A stretch of DNA of 64,000 nt from an uncultured Gammaproteobacteria bacterium (GCA_964523905.1 CAZFYQ010000003.1:28976-92975); one strand, 5' to 3'. Positions 45,375 through 56,344 are shown, counted from the first letter of the stretch. The notes: generated by a model not told the origin, from the letters alone. Translations and numbers: made by a program.

Positions 45375-46799
45375 ATGGCTATACCAGAAAATACTATTGA
45401 GATAATTGGGTCTGGGTTTATTGGTGATAAAGCAGACCAGTTGCTTCAAAAAAGAGAGGCAATTGTTGCTGCCGGTTTTTCTATCCCACCTACTATTGTC
45501 CTCGCACAGGATGTTTTTGAACCAATGATAGATATTGCTAGGGGTGGTAAGTTTAATAATAACCAACGTAGACTTTTTCAAGAGGTGGTCGAACAGTTTG
45601 GTAATCGCCCGCTTGTTGTTAGATCCTCTGCTGCGGGAGACGCTAGAGGAAGCGGAATTTATTTCTCTGAATTTGTTCCAGCCTCAGCACTAAGAGTGCG
45701 TTATGCTATCGGGAATGTATTAAGCAGTTATTATAGCGAAAGCGCTAAAGCTTTTAGAAAAGATGCTGCTACAGGTGAGGGTATGGCAGTAATGATTCAA
45801 CCCGTGGTTGGACAGGTACTTATCGACGTGGGAGGTGGCAAATCCATATTTGCTCCACATTATTCTGGATTTGGTTACAGTTCAACCGCAAGAGAGGATA
45901 CAACTATCTCTATCGTCCCGGGTTTAGGAGGAGGAGTAAATAATAGAGATGGCATCGATTTAAGTCTAGGTCAAGCTAGAATGTATGGCCATCCTTTACC
46001 AAATAGGTATCAAGCCTATTTTCATAATTCTAAAAAATCATTTGACTATATTGGACATGATAGTCATGAATTGGTAAATGGAGGACGGTGGTATAGTGAT
46101 CACTATTATGAAGAGGATTTCGATTTCTTACCTTTGTTAGAGAAGTTGGAATTGCTAGAGGGGAAATTGGGTAATCCACAATATCTTGAATGGGCAGCCA
46201 CACTCGAGGATAATGATCCACGATTTTGGATGCTACAAATTGCAGACGCGGATATAAAATTGGATGCATTTCATTTTGAGGATTATGGAGACATTATATA
46301 CGAAGGAGGTATTGACGTAGTGGGATCCGGGGTTAAACGTTGCAATCAGATTGTTGATCTTAAAGGCTCCAGTGGTTTGAATGCGCTTTATAATTTTAAT
46401 CAACAAAATTCAGGTTATATAGCCTTTTTGCCTGCTTTCTTATCTTCTCCGCGGCAAGAATACAGAACAGATAGTAGGCGGCTGGTTTATGCTGATTTTT
46501 CAAATGCATCGGTGGTCTTTGGGAATTCTGGGGAGCGTGGAACTTTGAAAGATCACCTAGGAACTACAATGGATTTAACAAATAAGTTATACGGAACTAT
46601 TTTAGGTTACAGAGAACTAGGCTTAGAAGAAGAGGGGGATGTTCGGAGTAAAAGATTAAGTAATCTCGAACGAGAAATAGTTGGAGATGGATTAACTATC
46701 ATAAAAGGTAATTTTACTGTGGTTGCCAGCGAGAGACAAAATCGAATGATTATTACTTACCAAGGACCGATTTCTGATGAAGTTTGCGATGATAAGTAA
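45375..46799 (+). CDS. PEP/pyruvate-binding (PPDK N-terminal ATP-grasp-like) protein
   Basis: IGDKA, LVVRSS...D...G.Y.S, MAVMIQ, LEWA, MLQ; start MAIPE. Confidence 0.75.
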   Translation: MAIPENTIEIIGSGFIGDKADQLLQKREAIVAAGFSIPPTIVLAQDVFEPMIDIARGGKFNNNQRRLFQEVVEQFGNRPLVVRSSAAGDARGSGIYFSEFVPASALRVRYAIGNVLSSYYSESAKAFRKDAATGEGMAVMIQPVVGQVLIDVGGGKSIFAPHYSGFGYSSTAREDTTISIVPGLGGGVNNRDGIDLSLGQARMYGHPLPNRYQAYFHNSKKSFDYIGHDSHELVNGGRWYSDHYYEEDFDFLPLLEKLELLEGKLGNPQYLEWAATLEDNDPRFWMLQIADADIKLDAFHFEDYGDIIYEGGIDVVGSGVKRCNQIVDLKGSSGLNALYNFNQQNSGYIAFLPAFLSSPRQEYRTDSRRLVYADFSNASVVFGNSGERGTLKDHLGTTMDLTNKLYGTILGYRELGLEEEGDVRSKRLSNLEREIVGDGLTIIKGNFTVVASERQNRMIITYQGPISDEVCDDK

Positions 46800-48033
46800 T
46801 GGCAAATCTGTGGGCTTCGTCGCGGATTTTGGTGACCATTTTTAAGGCTTCAGAGTGTTTGGGAAGTTTTACAACACTACCATCCGGTGCATACAACCAT
46901 TCAAAACGTTTGGCTAATCCAAACATAGGAACGCTAACATTTCTCTCCTGAAAAACTTGATGAATGGCACTTACTTGGCCAGCTCCCCCATCAATGATAA
47001 ATAAATCAGGCATTGGCCATTCGGGGTGATTTAGCCTTCTTCGCATCATTTCCTGATGCATAGCGTAATCATTAGGCTTGCCAGTAATATGAATCTTAAA
47101 TTTACGATATTGTGATTTATCAATGTCGCCATGGGTTAAAACTACCATTGAACCCGTTGATTCATGACCTTGGATATTAGAGATGTCGTAACATTCAATC
47201 CGCTCCGGAAGTGTTGGCAAATTTAAAACTTTTTGCAGCTCTTCCAGGCCAATTTGATATTGATCCTGCAGGAAATTGGGATTCTCTAAATAGCTGCCGG
47301 TTCTATTAGTCTGCGTTAAATATTCAACTCCTGATAAAGTCTGTTTAATCCTGCCGGCTTGTTCAAAATCTTGATCTTTGGATGCCGCAACCATTTCCTT
47401 GGTTAATTCCTTAACCAGACTGTCTTTATCTCCATTTAGAAACTTAACTAGTCTGTTAATGATTTTTTTATAATCTTTTTGATTAATTACTCCTGCACAA
47501 GGACCCGGGCATTGACCTAAGTGATAGTAAAAACAAGGCTTTAGCTTCGCAAGGCGTTGCCTTGGAGGCTGAGAGCACCAAGGGAAAACACGGCGCAAGG
47601 ATTTTAAAGTTGACCGGACTGTTTGAGCAGAAGGAAAAGGCCCAAAATATTTCAAAGCTGTTTTTAAATCAGCTTTTCTGGCTGTTAACACCCTTGGAAA
47701 ATCTTCTTTAGTGATTAATATATATAAGTAGGATTTATCATCTTTTAAACTGACATTAAAAATTGGCCAATACTTTTTAATTAGATTAGCTTCCAGAATT
47801 AAAGCTTCCAACTCTGATTCCACAATAATGGTTTCTATACCAGCAATCTGCTCCACTAATGTCAATAACTTTACGTTCCCATTTGACAAGTGGGAAGCTG
47901 AAAAATATGACGCAACACGGTGATATAAATCAATAGCTTTACCAACATAAATTACTTTGTTAGCATGATCCTTATAAATATAAACTCCGGGTTTGTGCGG
48001 AACTTGTGACTTATCTATAAATTTTGGAAGCAT
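46753..48033 (-). CDS. uvrC: excinuclease UvrC (lacks C-terminal HhH)
   Basis: PGVY/YVGKA GIY-YIG, RIECYDISN, IIDGG, RDEAHRFAITYHR. Confidence 0.94.
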   Translation of the reverse strand: MLPKFIDKSQVPHKPGVYIYKDHANKVIYVGKAIDLYHRVASYFSASHLSNGNVKLLTLVEQIAGIETIIVESELEALILEANLIKKYWPIFNVSLKDDKSYLYILITKEDFPRVLTARKADLKTALKYFGPFPSAQTVRSTLKSLRRVFPWCSQPPRQRLAKLKPCFYYHLGQCPGPCAGVINQKDYKKIINRLVKFLNGDKDSLVKELTKEMVAASKDQDFEQAGRIKQTLSGVEYLTQTNRTGSYLENPNFLQDQYQIGLEELQKVLNLPTLPERIECYDISNIQGHESTGSMVVLTHGDIDKSQYRKFKIHITGKPNDYAMHQEMMRRRLNHPEWPMPDLFIIDGGAGQVSAIHQVFQERNVSVPMFGLAKRFEWLYAPDGSVVKLPKHSEALKMVTKIRDEAHRFAITYHRKLHQKSVLGK

Positions 48034-48081
48034 AAGGAGAATTATACTTAAATTAAACTTAAGTCACAATCCAGTTAGCAA

Positions 48082-48756
48082 TTACTTTGCGGTAGGTTGA
48101 TCCCTGTGGAAGAACTTTTCGTGTGTTAATAATGCCATTGGCTGTTCTTTATACCGCAGTATTTCGTGACCGGAAGCAGGTTTTCCTTCAACAAGCCATT
48201 TTCTGGCCGGAGAAGAATCCCCAGGTTGCACATAAGTCATTGCTAGAACCAGTTGTTCATCTTGTATAGAAAAGGCACGATCAATTCCTCGCTTAATTTT
48301 TCCTTGTATAAGAATTTCTCCCCGTACATTAAGCTCAGCAGCGATAAAGTTATCACTACCATTTGTACCTGTTTTATAATCAGGTTCCCAAAGCAACAGC
48401 CAACGATAGGTTGGAGAAATACCAGTTTTAGGATCTCCCACCAATCCTTCGGCTGAAGTTGGATAGATTGGAATACGGTGGTTCACGGGCTCTTGATCAG
48501 AATGCTCTGCTAATCTTTGAGAGTGAGCTACTTCACGATCCATTAAAGCAACTTTTAACTCTCTAAGCACCTTAGCCGTTATTGTAAAACCAGCTAATTG
48601 CTCTAGCATACTGGCTTGAGCTTGCCAGACTTTCGGTGTAGTCTTATCTTGTGACTGAACTGTCCTGTTATACTCAAATGTTTCAGCAAATGCTCTAGAC
48701 TTATGGTCAATTTCCTGGTTTCTTGCTATTTCAGATGCTGCTTCAAGTATTGACAT
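48082..48756 (-). CDS. hypothetical protein (ORFan)
   Basis: 224 aa; own TTGACA-17-TAAATT promoter. Confidence 0.7.
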   Translation of the reverse strand: MSILEAASEIARNQEIDHKSRAFAETFEYNRTVQSQDKTTPKVWQAQASMLEQLAGFTITAKVLRELKVALMDREVAHSQRLAEHSDQEPVNHRIPIYPTSAEGLVGDPKTGISPTYRWLLLWEPDYKTGTNGSDNFIAAELNVRGEILIQGKIKRGIDRAFSIQDEQLVLAMTYVQPGDSSPARKWLVEGKPASGHEILRYKEQPMALLTHEKFFHRDQPTAK

Positions 48757-48817
48757 TTAAGTGGAATTTATATCTTTAAAGTATATTTGTCAAGAACAAT
48801 GAAACTTGGCAGCATAT

Positions 48818-49366
48818 TTAGCTTGTAAATGATTCCTGATAATGTTCCTGTTGTTCCTTAGGAGTTGGAAGCTGATAAAGAGACGCACCGTCAATTTCAT
48901 TATACAACTGTGTAAGCTGGTCAGGTTTTAATAGGTAATTACCAGGATAACTGGTTTTATATTTGGCGGCATTAAAAAAGTGAGGGACTTGGTAGGGATC
49001 CTTGATTTTTCCAGTCTTCCAATCCACTCTCTCATTTGGAACTAACTCTATTGGACCCCTGATTTGAGCTCCAGTAATATTTGCCACAGCCCACATTTCC
49101 ACCTCAGTCTTTGATCCTAAACCAATTCTTACTTTGTCAGAGTCGAATTTCTGACCTTGAGTTGATAGCTTCTCTGCAAGTCGTTCCCAGATTTTCTTAG
49201 TGGATGCTTCTATTTGCTGGGCTTCATTTTCATTGGGAATATATCTTCCAATACGAGGGTGATAAATTGGAACATTAATTTTCCAAAACCGCATATATGT
49301 CCAACGACTATCAAAATTAAAATGATGAGCAACCTCACTAGCCTGTTTTCCTGCTTCTGCATTCAT
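48818..49366 (-). CDS. hypothetical protein (ORFan)
   Basis: Likely start MNAEAG after TATACT. Confidence 0.65.
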   Translation of the reverse strand: MNAEAGKQASEVAHHFNFDSRWTYMRFWKINVPIYHPRIGRYIPNENEAQQIEASTKKIWERLAEKLSTQGQKFDSDKVRIGLGSKTEVEMWAVANITGAQIRGPIELVPNERVDWKTGKIKDPYQVPHFFNAAKYKTSYPGNYLLKPDQLTQLYNEIDGASLYQLPTPKEQQEHYQESFTS

Positions 49367-49397
49367 AACCTGAAGAGTATACAGCGATTTTATTTTT

Positions 49398-50075
49398 TTA
49401 CAAGCCTGTAGGCTCATTCCAATATGCTTCGTAATGAGGACTCACCGGAAGCTGCTTGTCGTAAGTATCTATCATTGCTTCGATCAGGTGATCATATATT
49501 CCATTTTTGACTTCTATGTATTTTTGACCAGGAGGAGTTCTTTTGCCTAGGGCTTCTGTAACCTCATCTTCAGTTGGTTGATAAAACAATGTTGCTTTCT
49601 TAATTCTGCTAAATGGAAAAATACCCTCGGGTAACCTAGAACTACTATCCCTATAAGGCCAATCTTTTCTACCTACACCAATTTCTGGATCAAATTCCAT
49701 TCTAAGGTGATCAAATATAGTACGACTAACCACGCCCGAAACATAACAAGGCAATTTACGCTCATCATTCCTACCCACTGTTGCTGTATAGAGTTTAGGA
49801 AAAGGGATTAAAATAGAATCAGCAAAAGATTCACCCTGCACATCACTCATTATTAAATTTCTTTTACCATCGACCTCCATACCAGCAACTATAGTCTCGC
49901 CCATTCTTAGGCCTACATAGTTCAATTGAGCGCTTAGAAAATCATATGTGGATACAGGTTTGGACTTTGGAGATATTGGTGTAGTTTCTGCTGGAGAATC
50001 TTTTAGAGAAAGGGCATTTCTTACTCTTCCCCAAAGTGCTTGAGTTGTTCTTTCTACTTGTGCACCGACTGCCAT
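49398..50075 (-). CDS. hypothetical protein (ORFan)
   Basis: 225-aa ORF with a -10-like box upstream. Confidence 0.7.
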   Translation of the reverse strand: MAVGAQVERTTQALWGRVRNALSLKDSPAETTPISPKSKPVSTYDFLSAQLNYVGLRMGETIVAGMEVDGKRNLIMSDVQGESFADSILIPFPKLYTATVGRNDERKLPCYVSGVVSRTIFDHLRMEFDPEIGVGRKDWPYRDSSSRLPEGIFPFSRIKKATLFYQPTEDEVTEALGKRTPPGQKYIEVKNGIYDHLIEAMIDTYDKQLPVSPHYEAYWNEPTGL

Positions 50076-50099
50076 ATTATTTACGAGTATATCACTGGA

Positions 50100-52028
50100 T
50101 TATTTTTTTACAATAGTCTTTTTGAAGCGGCGGCGGTAAATTAGGCCGCCTAAAATTACCAAATATGTGACTCCCATTAAAGAAATAATGCCAATAGCGA
50201 TTAAAGGCACGGTTTGGAAAATAAAGAAAGGCTGGATCGAGACATCTTTAGTAAACTTTTGTGAGCCTACTGATACCACAATTTGATCATTAAAGCGATC
50301 AAACAAAGAAGTAGTTCTGGTATTAAAATCAAAGCTGGCCGTGCCAAAAGGAGCTACTGGTCCTAGATTTTGAGTCCCACCCCCCAGAATCAGAAGTTTA
50401 GAGGAAGCGACGCTCAGTGAATCCGGCGGATAAACTGAATTACCAAGATTGGAAATTTTAACTGTTACTTTTCCCGGGAAACCAGCCCATATTGGGTTGG
50501 AATTTTCAATCTGCACATTAAGTTGTGGCTTACCTAAGAAATCATTATCAGACAAAGTAACTTTAACATCATGAGTATCCTGACCCGGATATTTATAGGA
50601 ACCAGCCGGAATCGGAGACACTGAAGATGTACCCTTAATGGCAAAGGTAAAGTGATTTAAGTCCAGTTTATTAAAATAATCCACACCTCCTGTGGTATTT
50701 TCCCAAGTTGGATCAACCATCACCCAACCTTTGGACTCATCCCAATATTCCGGCCAAGCATGTAAAACATCTTTAGAAAAAGACAACGGACGAAGCGTCG
50801 GATTAGAAGTATAGGCAAAACCATCCAGCTCCCGGGTGGGAATTCCAGCAGCACGGGCCAAAGCAATAAATAAATCCGTAAACTCCATACAAACTGCTTG
50901 AGTGGGATTGTTTAAGATAGCCACAGCTCCCAGACGTTCAATATTGTCATTAATCCGACCAGGATCATAAGTTAAGGTATTAACCACGTAATGATAAATT
51001 AAACGGGCTTTTTCAGTGGGATTTTGGGGCGGATTTGTTCCTAGGATTTCCGCTAATTTAGACTGAATTTGCGGATTATCCTTTTCCCAGTATTTATCGG
51101 TTTTGGTGTAGGCTTGCCTTAAATTATCAGGTAGCTCCGGATTTTTAACTTTACTATTGGTATAAAGCTTGGCTGAACCATTGACCTTAACATCTAATTT
51201 TTCTCCCCTGGTCAGCCGATACCAAGCCAAGTAGTTACCGTCATCATCTACTGTGACATTTTCCGGCTTAGGTTCGATTCTTGATGTAATCACATCCTGA
51301 TAAGCAGTGTCCGGAGGAAGTGCCACGCTGGTTAAAATTGGCACCAGGTTGGTGTTTTCTAAATGGTAAGTGAGGTCAAAGTCAAATAGTTGAAAAGTAC
51401 CAAAAGAAGCAGAGACACCGGATTGCTGCAGTTGGTCTTTAGAAAATGTCAAAAACATCCGGTCCCCGGAGACAGTTTGGGTTTTAGGAGTTGGGGCAAT
51501 CAAGCTGGGATCACCAAAAGATGTAGGCACGGAAATAGTCAGGTTATAACTTTCTAAATTACCGGAAGAAACCTTGGGAGCACGCACTTCCCAAACTTTA
51601 CCAGTACGTTCTGCAAAATCTTTGGATTTAAATTGCAAAGTCCAGGGTAAGATTTTATCTTTTCCCACCACCTGAGAATTAAACTTAACTGAAAGAGTGG
51701 TAGAAGTCCCGGTCTGCTGCTGTGAAACCGGCATTGGGCCAGTTGCATCTGAGGCTTTTAAATCATAAATCTGAGTGGCACCAATAATTAATTTAAATTC
51801 AGAAGCATAGTATTCGGAGGTTAAATTACGCAGATTAACTTTTTCAGTAACTGTAGTTACTCCATCAGTACCTACATCATAGGCCACATCATAGGCTGTG
51901 GAAAATTGCGAGGTAGTGGGGGCTGAAGTATCAGCAGCATATACATATGTAGGCAGCAGGCTGTAGGCAACAGGCATCAGTAGAACTAAGGCTAGGAATA
52001 CTGAGAGAAGTTTATGCAAAATCCGCAT
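50100..52028 (-). CDS. membrane-anchored transglutaminase-like protein
   Basis: VCMEFTDLF, HAWPE, VDPTW triad; signal peptide and C-terminal TM. Confidence 0.9.
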   Translation of the reverse strand: MRILHKLLSVFLALVLLMPVAYSLLPTYVYAADTSAPTTSQFSTAYDVAYDVGTDGVTTVTEKVNLRNLTSEYYASEFKLIIGATQIYDLKASDATGPMPVSQQQTGTSTTLSVKFNSQVVGKDKILPWTLQFKSKDFAERTGKVWEVRAPKVSSGNLESYNLTISVPTSFGDPSLIAPTPKTQTVSGDRMFLTFSKDQLQQSGVSASFGTFQLFDFDLTYHLENTNLVPILTSVALPPDTAYQDVITSRIEPKPENVTVDDDGNYLAWYRLTRGEKLDVKVNGSAKLYTNSKVKNPELPDNLRQAYTKTDKYWEKDNPQIQSKLAEILGTNPPQNPTEKARLIYHYVVNTLTYDPGRINDNIERLGAVAILNNPTQAVCMEFTDLFIALARAAGIPTRELDGFAYTSNPTLRPLSFSKDVLHAWPEYWDESKGWVMVDPTWENTTGGVDYFNKLDLNHFTFAIKGTSSVSPIPAGSYKYPGQDTHDVKVTLSDNDFLGKPQLNVQIENSNPIWAGFPGKVTVKISNLGNSVYPPDSLSVASSKLLILGGGTQNLGPVAPFGTASFDFNTRTTSLFDRFNDQIVVSVGSQKFTKDVSIQPFFIFQTVPLIAIGIISLMGVTYLVILGGLIYRRRFKKTIVKK

Positions 52029-52122
52029 GAAGATATTGTAACAAACTCAAAATTTTATTGCATTTAGTTTGATATAGATAATGTGTCTTGTTATTTAAAA
52101 CTTTGAATATTATTATCAAACT

Positions 52123-52503
52123 ATGGCTGATGATACTATCAAGCAAATTTCTCAACTTTTAGATTCAAAAATCAAACCATTACATGGAGAAATAGCCAAA
52201 ATTCACCATGATTTATCTGATCTTAGGTCTTCTTATCTACAAAATAGTGTTGGAATAAAAAATATTAGAAATGATACCGCTAGAATTGATAGTGAGTTAG
52301 AAAATATCAGAGGATCACTTGAAAATCCCGATATTGGATTGAAAACGATAAATGAAAAGCTAGATCTTCAGGCTGAAATGTTAGATAATCACACTGAAAC
52401 TCTCAATGATATGGCTGTAAAAGTAGAAAAAAGACTAGGTTCGTTAGAAGACGGTGCAGATATTAAAGTTTCTCCTAAACTCCAATTAGTTGATATTGCC
52501 TAA
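52123..52503 (+). CDS. coiled-coil hypothetical protein
   Basis: Heptad pattern, 126 aa. Confidence 0.7.
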   Translation: MADDTIKQISQLLDSKIKPLHGEIAKIHHDLSDLRSSYLQNSVGIKNIRNDTARIDSELENIRGSLENPDIGLKTINEKLDLQAEMLDNHTETLNDMAVKVEKRLGSLEDGADIKVSPKLQLVDIA

Positions 52504-55403
52504 ATAATTTTGGCTAAGTAGTGGCCGGTGTGGGAGGTTTTGACTTTGGCAACTTGGGCAGGAGTGCCTTCGGCAATGACTTGACCGCCACCAGTACCAC
52601 CTTCCGGACCCAGATCAATAATCCAGTCAGTATTTTTAATTACATCCAAGTTATGTTCAATAATAATGACGGTGTTACCAAAATTAACTAGTTTTCTAAG
52701 GATCGCCAGTAGTCTTTCAATGTCTGCAAAGTGCAAACCAGTGGTTGGTTCATCTAAGATATAAATGGTTTGCCCGGTTTGTCTTTTGGACAGTTCACTG
52801 GATAATTTAATCCTCTGGGCTTCCCCACCTGACAAAGTCGGAGCCGGCTGACCCAAGCGGATATAACTCAAACCAACATCATTTAATACCTGGATTTTGT
52901 TTTTAATATTAGGGATATTTTCAAAGAATTTTAAGGCTTCTTCTACAGTCATTTCCAACACTTCTGAGATATTTTTATCCTTAAAATGAATGTCTAAAGC
53001 TTCACGGTTATAGCGTTTACCACCACAAGCCTCACAAGTGACATAAACATCCGGCAAAAACTGCATTTCTATTTTAATTTGACCCTCTCCTTCACAAACT
53101 TCACAGCGGCCTCCTTTAACATTAAAACTAAATCTACCCGGACCATATCCGCGGATTTTAGCCTCGGGTGATGCAGCAAATAATTCCCTAATAAAAGTGA
53201 AGGCGCCGGTATAAGTGGCTGGGTTAGACCTGGGGGTACGTCCGATGGGTGACTGATCAACCAAGATCACTTTGTCTATTTTGTCAGCGCCTTCCATTGA
53301 CTTAAACTGGCCGGGTTTTTGCCTAGAACCGTACACTTTTTGAGCCAAAGCCCGGTATAAAATATCATGTACTAAAGTGGATTTACCGGATCCAGATACT
53401 CCGGTTACTGCTACAAACTGTCCAAATGGAAAAGTGACTGTGACATTTTGTAAATTGTGCTCAGAAGCTCCGGTTAAAGTTAGTTTGCCCATATCTACGT
53501 ATGGCCGCTGCAGTTCTTCAGAGATTTTGACAGTTCTTTTGCCAGATAGATATTGGCCGGTTAAAGAATCAGGATTTTTTTTGATCTCATCAGGAGTACC
53601 AATGGCCACAATTCTACCGCCATGTTCCCCTGCTCCTGGTCCAATTTCTACCATTAAATCAGCTGCTTCCATGGTTTCTGAATCATGCTCATTAACCACT
53701 ACGGTATTACCTAAATCTCGCAGGCGTTTTAGAGTCTCAATCAAACGAGTGTTATCCCTTTGATGTAAGCCAATTGATGGTTCATCCAAAACATAGAGCA
53801 CTCCGGATAAACCTGAGCCGATTTGAGAGGCTAAACGGATTCTTTGAGCTTCACCACCAGCTAGAGTCATGGAAGCCCGGTCAATGGTTAGATAATCCAA
53901 ACCAACATCAACCAAAAACTTTAGACGCGAGATTATCTCTTTCAAAATAGATTTAGCAATTTGTTTTTCTCTTTCAGATAGTAATGGATCCAGTTTACTA
54001 AACCAATTCAAAGCCTCGTTAATAGCCTGAGTAGTAACCTCGGAGATATTTAAGCCATCTATTGTTATTCCTAACGCTTCCGGTTTCAGTCTGGCTCCAT
54101 GACACTCGGGACAAATCTCGGTTAACATGTATTTTTCGATCTCGGCTTTAACAAAATCCGATTCAGTTTCTTTATATCTTCGCTCCAAATACGTAATAAT
54201 ACCTTCAAAATTACTGTCAAAATGAGTCCAACGACCAAAACGATTTTGCCCTTGTACTTTAAATACTTCACCGCCAGTCCCATTTAATAGAATCTGTCGG
54301 GCTTTTTCTGACAACTGACCCAGGCGGGTACTTAAATCAAAGTCATATTCTTTACCAACAGCTTCAATTAAACGGGTAAACCAGGTTTCACTGCTACCCA
54401 GTTTGCTCCAAGGTAAGATTCCGCCTTCGGCAATCGACAGGATTGGATTTAGCACTAAACTGGAATCTATTTTTAACAAGGTACCCAAGCCAGTACACTT
54501 GGTACAGGCCCCGTGAGGTGAATTAAAAGAAAAGGTCCGCGGTTCGATTTCCGGCAAGGAAATATTGTCTACCGGACAAGCAAAACGCTCGGAATAAAGA
54601 TGATCCTCCATTTTTTTAGGATTGGTGGGAAATTCCAGGGATTTGTCCATTACATCTGCCACAACTACTGATCCCTCCCCTAATTTTAAGGCTGTTTCAA
54701 TACTTTGAGTTAAACGGGAAATAATATTAGGATCTTTGGTACTCTTTTTATCCAAAACCAGCCGGTCAATCACAGCATCAATAGTATGTTTGTTGGTTTT
54801 AATTAATACTAAGTCATCACTTAAATCACTAACCTGCCCATCAACGCGCACCTTAGAGAAACCTTTTTTTCGAAGGTCCTCAAATACTGATGAATACTCA
54901 CCTTTACGGTCTTTGACAACCGGAGCTAAGATCATTATCCTTCTCCCTGCGTTGCCTGTTGCCTGTTGCCTGTTGCCTGTAATCTGTTCCACTATCTGCT
55001 GCACTGACATTTGAGTGATTTCCCGGCCACAAATTGGACAATGTGGGTGACCAACACGGGCGAATAACAACCTCATATAGTCATAAATTTCCGTGGTAGT
55101 TCCCACAGTGGAACGCGGATTATGGGAAGCGGATTTTTGATCAATAGAAATAGCCGGTGATAAACCTTCAATATTATCTACATCAGGCTTGTCCATTACT
55201 CCCAAAAACTGCCGGGCATAGGCTGAAAGGGATTCTACATAACGGCGTTGGCCCTCTGCATAAAGAGTATCAAAAGATAAGGAGGATTTGCCTGATCCGG
55301 AAATTCCAGTAATCACCACTAATTTGTCCTTTGGAATTTCCAAATCAATGTTTTTGAGGTTATGTTGTCTGGCCCCTCGTATGATAATTTTATCTGCTGC
55401 CAT
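52500..55403 (-). CDS. uvrA: excinuclease UvrA
   Basis: Two ABC modules ([18 protein letters not shown]), Zn fingers, LSGGEAQR; start MAADK. Confidence 0.97.
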   Translation of the reverse strand: MAADKIIIRGARQHNLKNIDLEIPKDKLVVITGISGSGKSSLSFDTLYAEGQRRYVESLSAYARQFLGVMDKPDVDNIEGLSPAISIDQKSASHNPRSTVGTTTEIYDYMRLLFARVGHPHCPICGREITQMSVQQIVEQITGNRQQATGNAGRRIMILAPVVKDRKGEYSSVFEDLRKKGFSKVRVDGQVSDLSDDLVLIKTNKHTIDAVIDRLVLDKKSTKDPNIISRLTQSIETALKLGEGSVVVADVMDKSLEFPTNPKKMEDHLYSERFACPVDNISLPEIEPRTFSFNSPHGACTKCTGLGTLLKIDSSLVLNPILSIAEGGILPWSKLGSSETWFTRLIEAVGKEYDFDLSTRLGQLSEKARQILLNGTGGEVFKVQGQNRFGRWTHFDSNFEGIITYLERRYKETESDFVKAEIEKYMLTEICPECHGARLKPEALGITIDGLNISEVTTQAINEALNWFSKLDPLLSEREKQIAKSILKEIISRLKFLVDVGLDYLTIDRASMTLAGGEAQRIRLASQIGSGLSGVLYVLDEPSIGLHQRDNTRLIETLKRLRDLGNTVVVNEHDSETMEAADLMVEIGPGAGEHGGRIVAIGTPDEIKKNPDSLTGQYLSGKRTVKISEELQRPYVDMGKLTLTGASEHNLQNVTVTFPFGQFVAVTGVSGSGKSTLVHDILYRALAQKVYGSRQKPGQFKSMEGADKIDKVILVDQSPIGRTPRSNPATYTGAFTFIRELFAASPEAKIRGYGPGRFSFNVKGGRCEVCEGEGQIKIEMQFLPDVYVTCEACGGKRYNREALDIHFKDKNISEVLEMTVEEALKFFENIPNIKNKIQVLNDVGLSYIRLGQPAPTLSGGEAQRIKLSSELSKRQTGQTIYILDEPTTGLHFADIERLLAILRKLVNFGNTVIIIEHNLDVIKNTDWIIDLGPEGGTGGGQVIAEGTPAQVAKVKTSHTGHYLAKII
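54951..54978. repeat. (GTTGCCT)x4 heptamer repeat within uvrA
   Basis: Four perfect copies encoding GNRQQATGN. Confidence 0.9.
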
Positions 55404-55474
55404 AGTTTTCCCGAAGAATGAAGAGTCTATTATAACCAACTTAGCAAGATTATGGAAGACCCTATTAGACTAAT

Positions 55475-55828
55475 TTGACATCTAAATATAACTATGAGAT
55501 TATTTGGCCAATGAGACGATATGATGGGGAACCAAATCTAGGCAATGAATTAATAAAATATGCCGCAAGAAAATTTGAAGGATCTCCGCTGAGTGAGTCC
55601 CTAAGAAGGGTATGGGAACAAATACCGGCTTATCCGATAAAAGAATCTGAACCTATTACTGCCGCTGCGGCACTGGCAACTAGCATGTTAGTTTCTATCC
55701 CCGGAATGATTGCAATAAATGAAGGCATAAAGCATGAAAACTACGCAGAAACTGCATTAGGACTAGCTTGGGTGGCATTACAATATGCAATTATTCGGGT
55801 AAGCGTCGGCCGTGGTATCGGAAGATAA
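55475..55828 (+). CDS. small membrane hypothetical protein
   Basis: Two hydrophobic segments; real start probably at the internal ATG (MRRYD). Confidence 0.6.
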   Translation: MTSKYNYEIIWPMRRYDGEPNLGNELIKYAARKFEGSPLSESLRRVWEQIPAYPIKESEPITAAAALATSMLVSIPGMIAINEGIKHENYAETALGLAWVALQYAIIRVSVGRGIGR

Positions 55829-55829
55829 A

Positions 55830-55881
55830 TTAATTAGTTAATTCTTTAATTTGATCTCTGATTCTGGCTGCTTCTTCAAAG
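55830..55881 (-). repeat. relic copy of the uvrB 3' end
   Basis: Reads FEEAARIRDQIKELTN*, with synonymous differences from uvrB. Confidence 0.93.
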
Positions 55882-55906
55882 AATTATACCGTGGTATAAT
55901 TGGATT

Positions 55907-56107
55907 ATGAATAATGCTTCATATATAGCCATTCAAAAGAAATATCCAGGTAAATTAGTAGCCATTTCTAAGCAAGAAGGAAAAGTAGTAGCTTCTGGTA
56001 AATCCTCCGAGGTTCTGGAAAAAGAACTTAAAAGGAAAAAACTCAATCCCAGTGAATATCTTTTCCTTGGACCAATTGAGCGATATAATCAGATTAGTGT
56101 CTACTAA
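55907..56107 (+). CDS. DUF5678-like small protein
   Basis: KKYPGKLVAI....KVVASGK motif. Confidence 0.75.
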   Translation: MNNASYIAIQKKYPGKLVAISKQEGKVVASGKSSEVLEKELKRKKLNPSEYLFLGPIERYNQISVY

Positions 56108-56262
56108 AATCGTTTTTCCCTATGGGTCAAGAGAAATTCACCGTTCGCTGTTACTTTGTTAAAAGTAATACCCTTCCTCTTCTAGGAAGAATTGATATTT
56201 GGAATAAGTTTAATTTGTTTTTTGATAATAAAAAAGAGCAGGTGGTTTTCGAAAAGTTTTAA
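56097..56262 (+). pseudogene. internally deleted retropepsin-like aspartyl protease
   Basis: N-terminal MSTKIVFPY joined out of frame to C-terminal ...PLLGRIDIWNKFNLFFD; catalytic DTG segment absent. Confidence 0.65.
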
Positions 56263-56310
56263 AGACTTAATTCTTTAATTTGGTCACGGATTCTTCGGCT
56301 TCTCCAAAGT
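56259..56310 (-). repeat. relic copy of the uvrB 3' end
   Basis: Reads FGEA-(1-nt deletion)-RIRDQIKELSL*. Confidence 0.9.
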
Positions 56311-56344
56311 TGATTTTCTAGGCTAAATGTCCTATAATATACAG

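Noticed and set aside
48004-48069. 10-bp inverted repeat TTGTGACTTA/TAAGTCACAA around the uvrC start
   Set aside because: Single short AT-rich instance that cannot be distinguished from chance.
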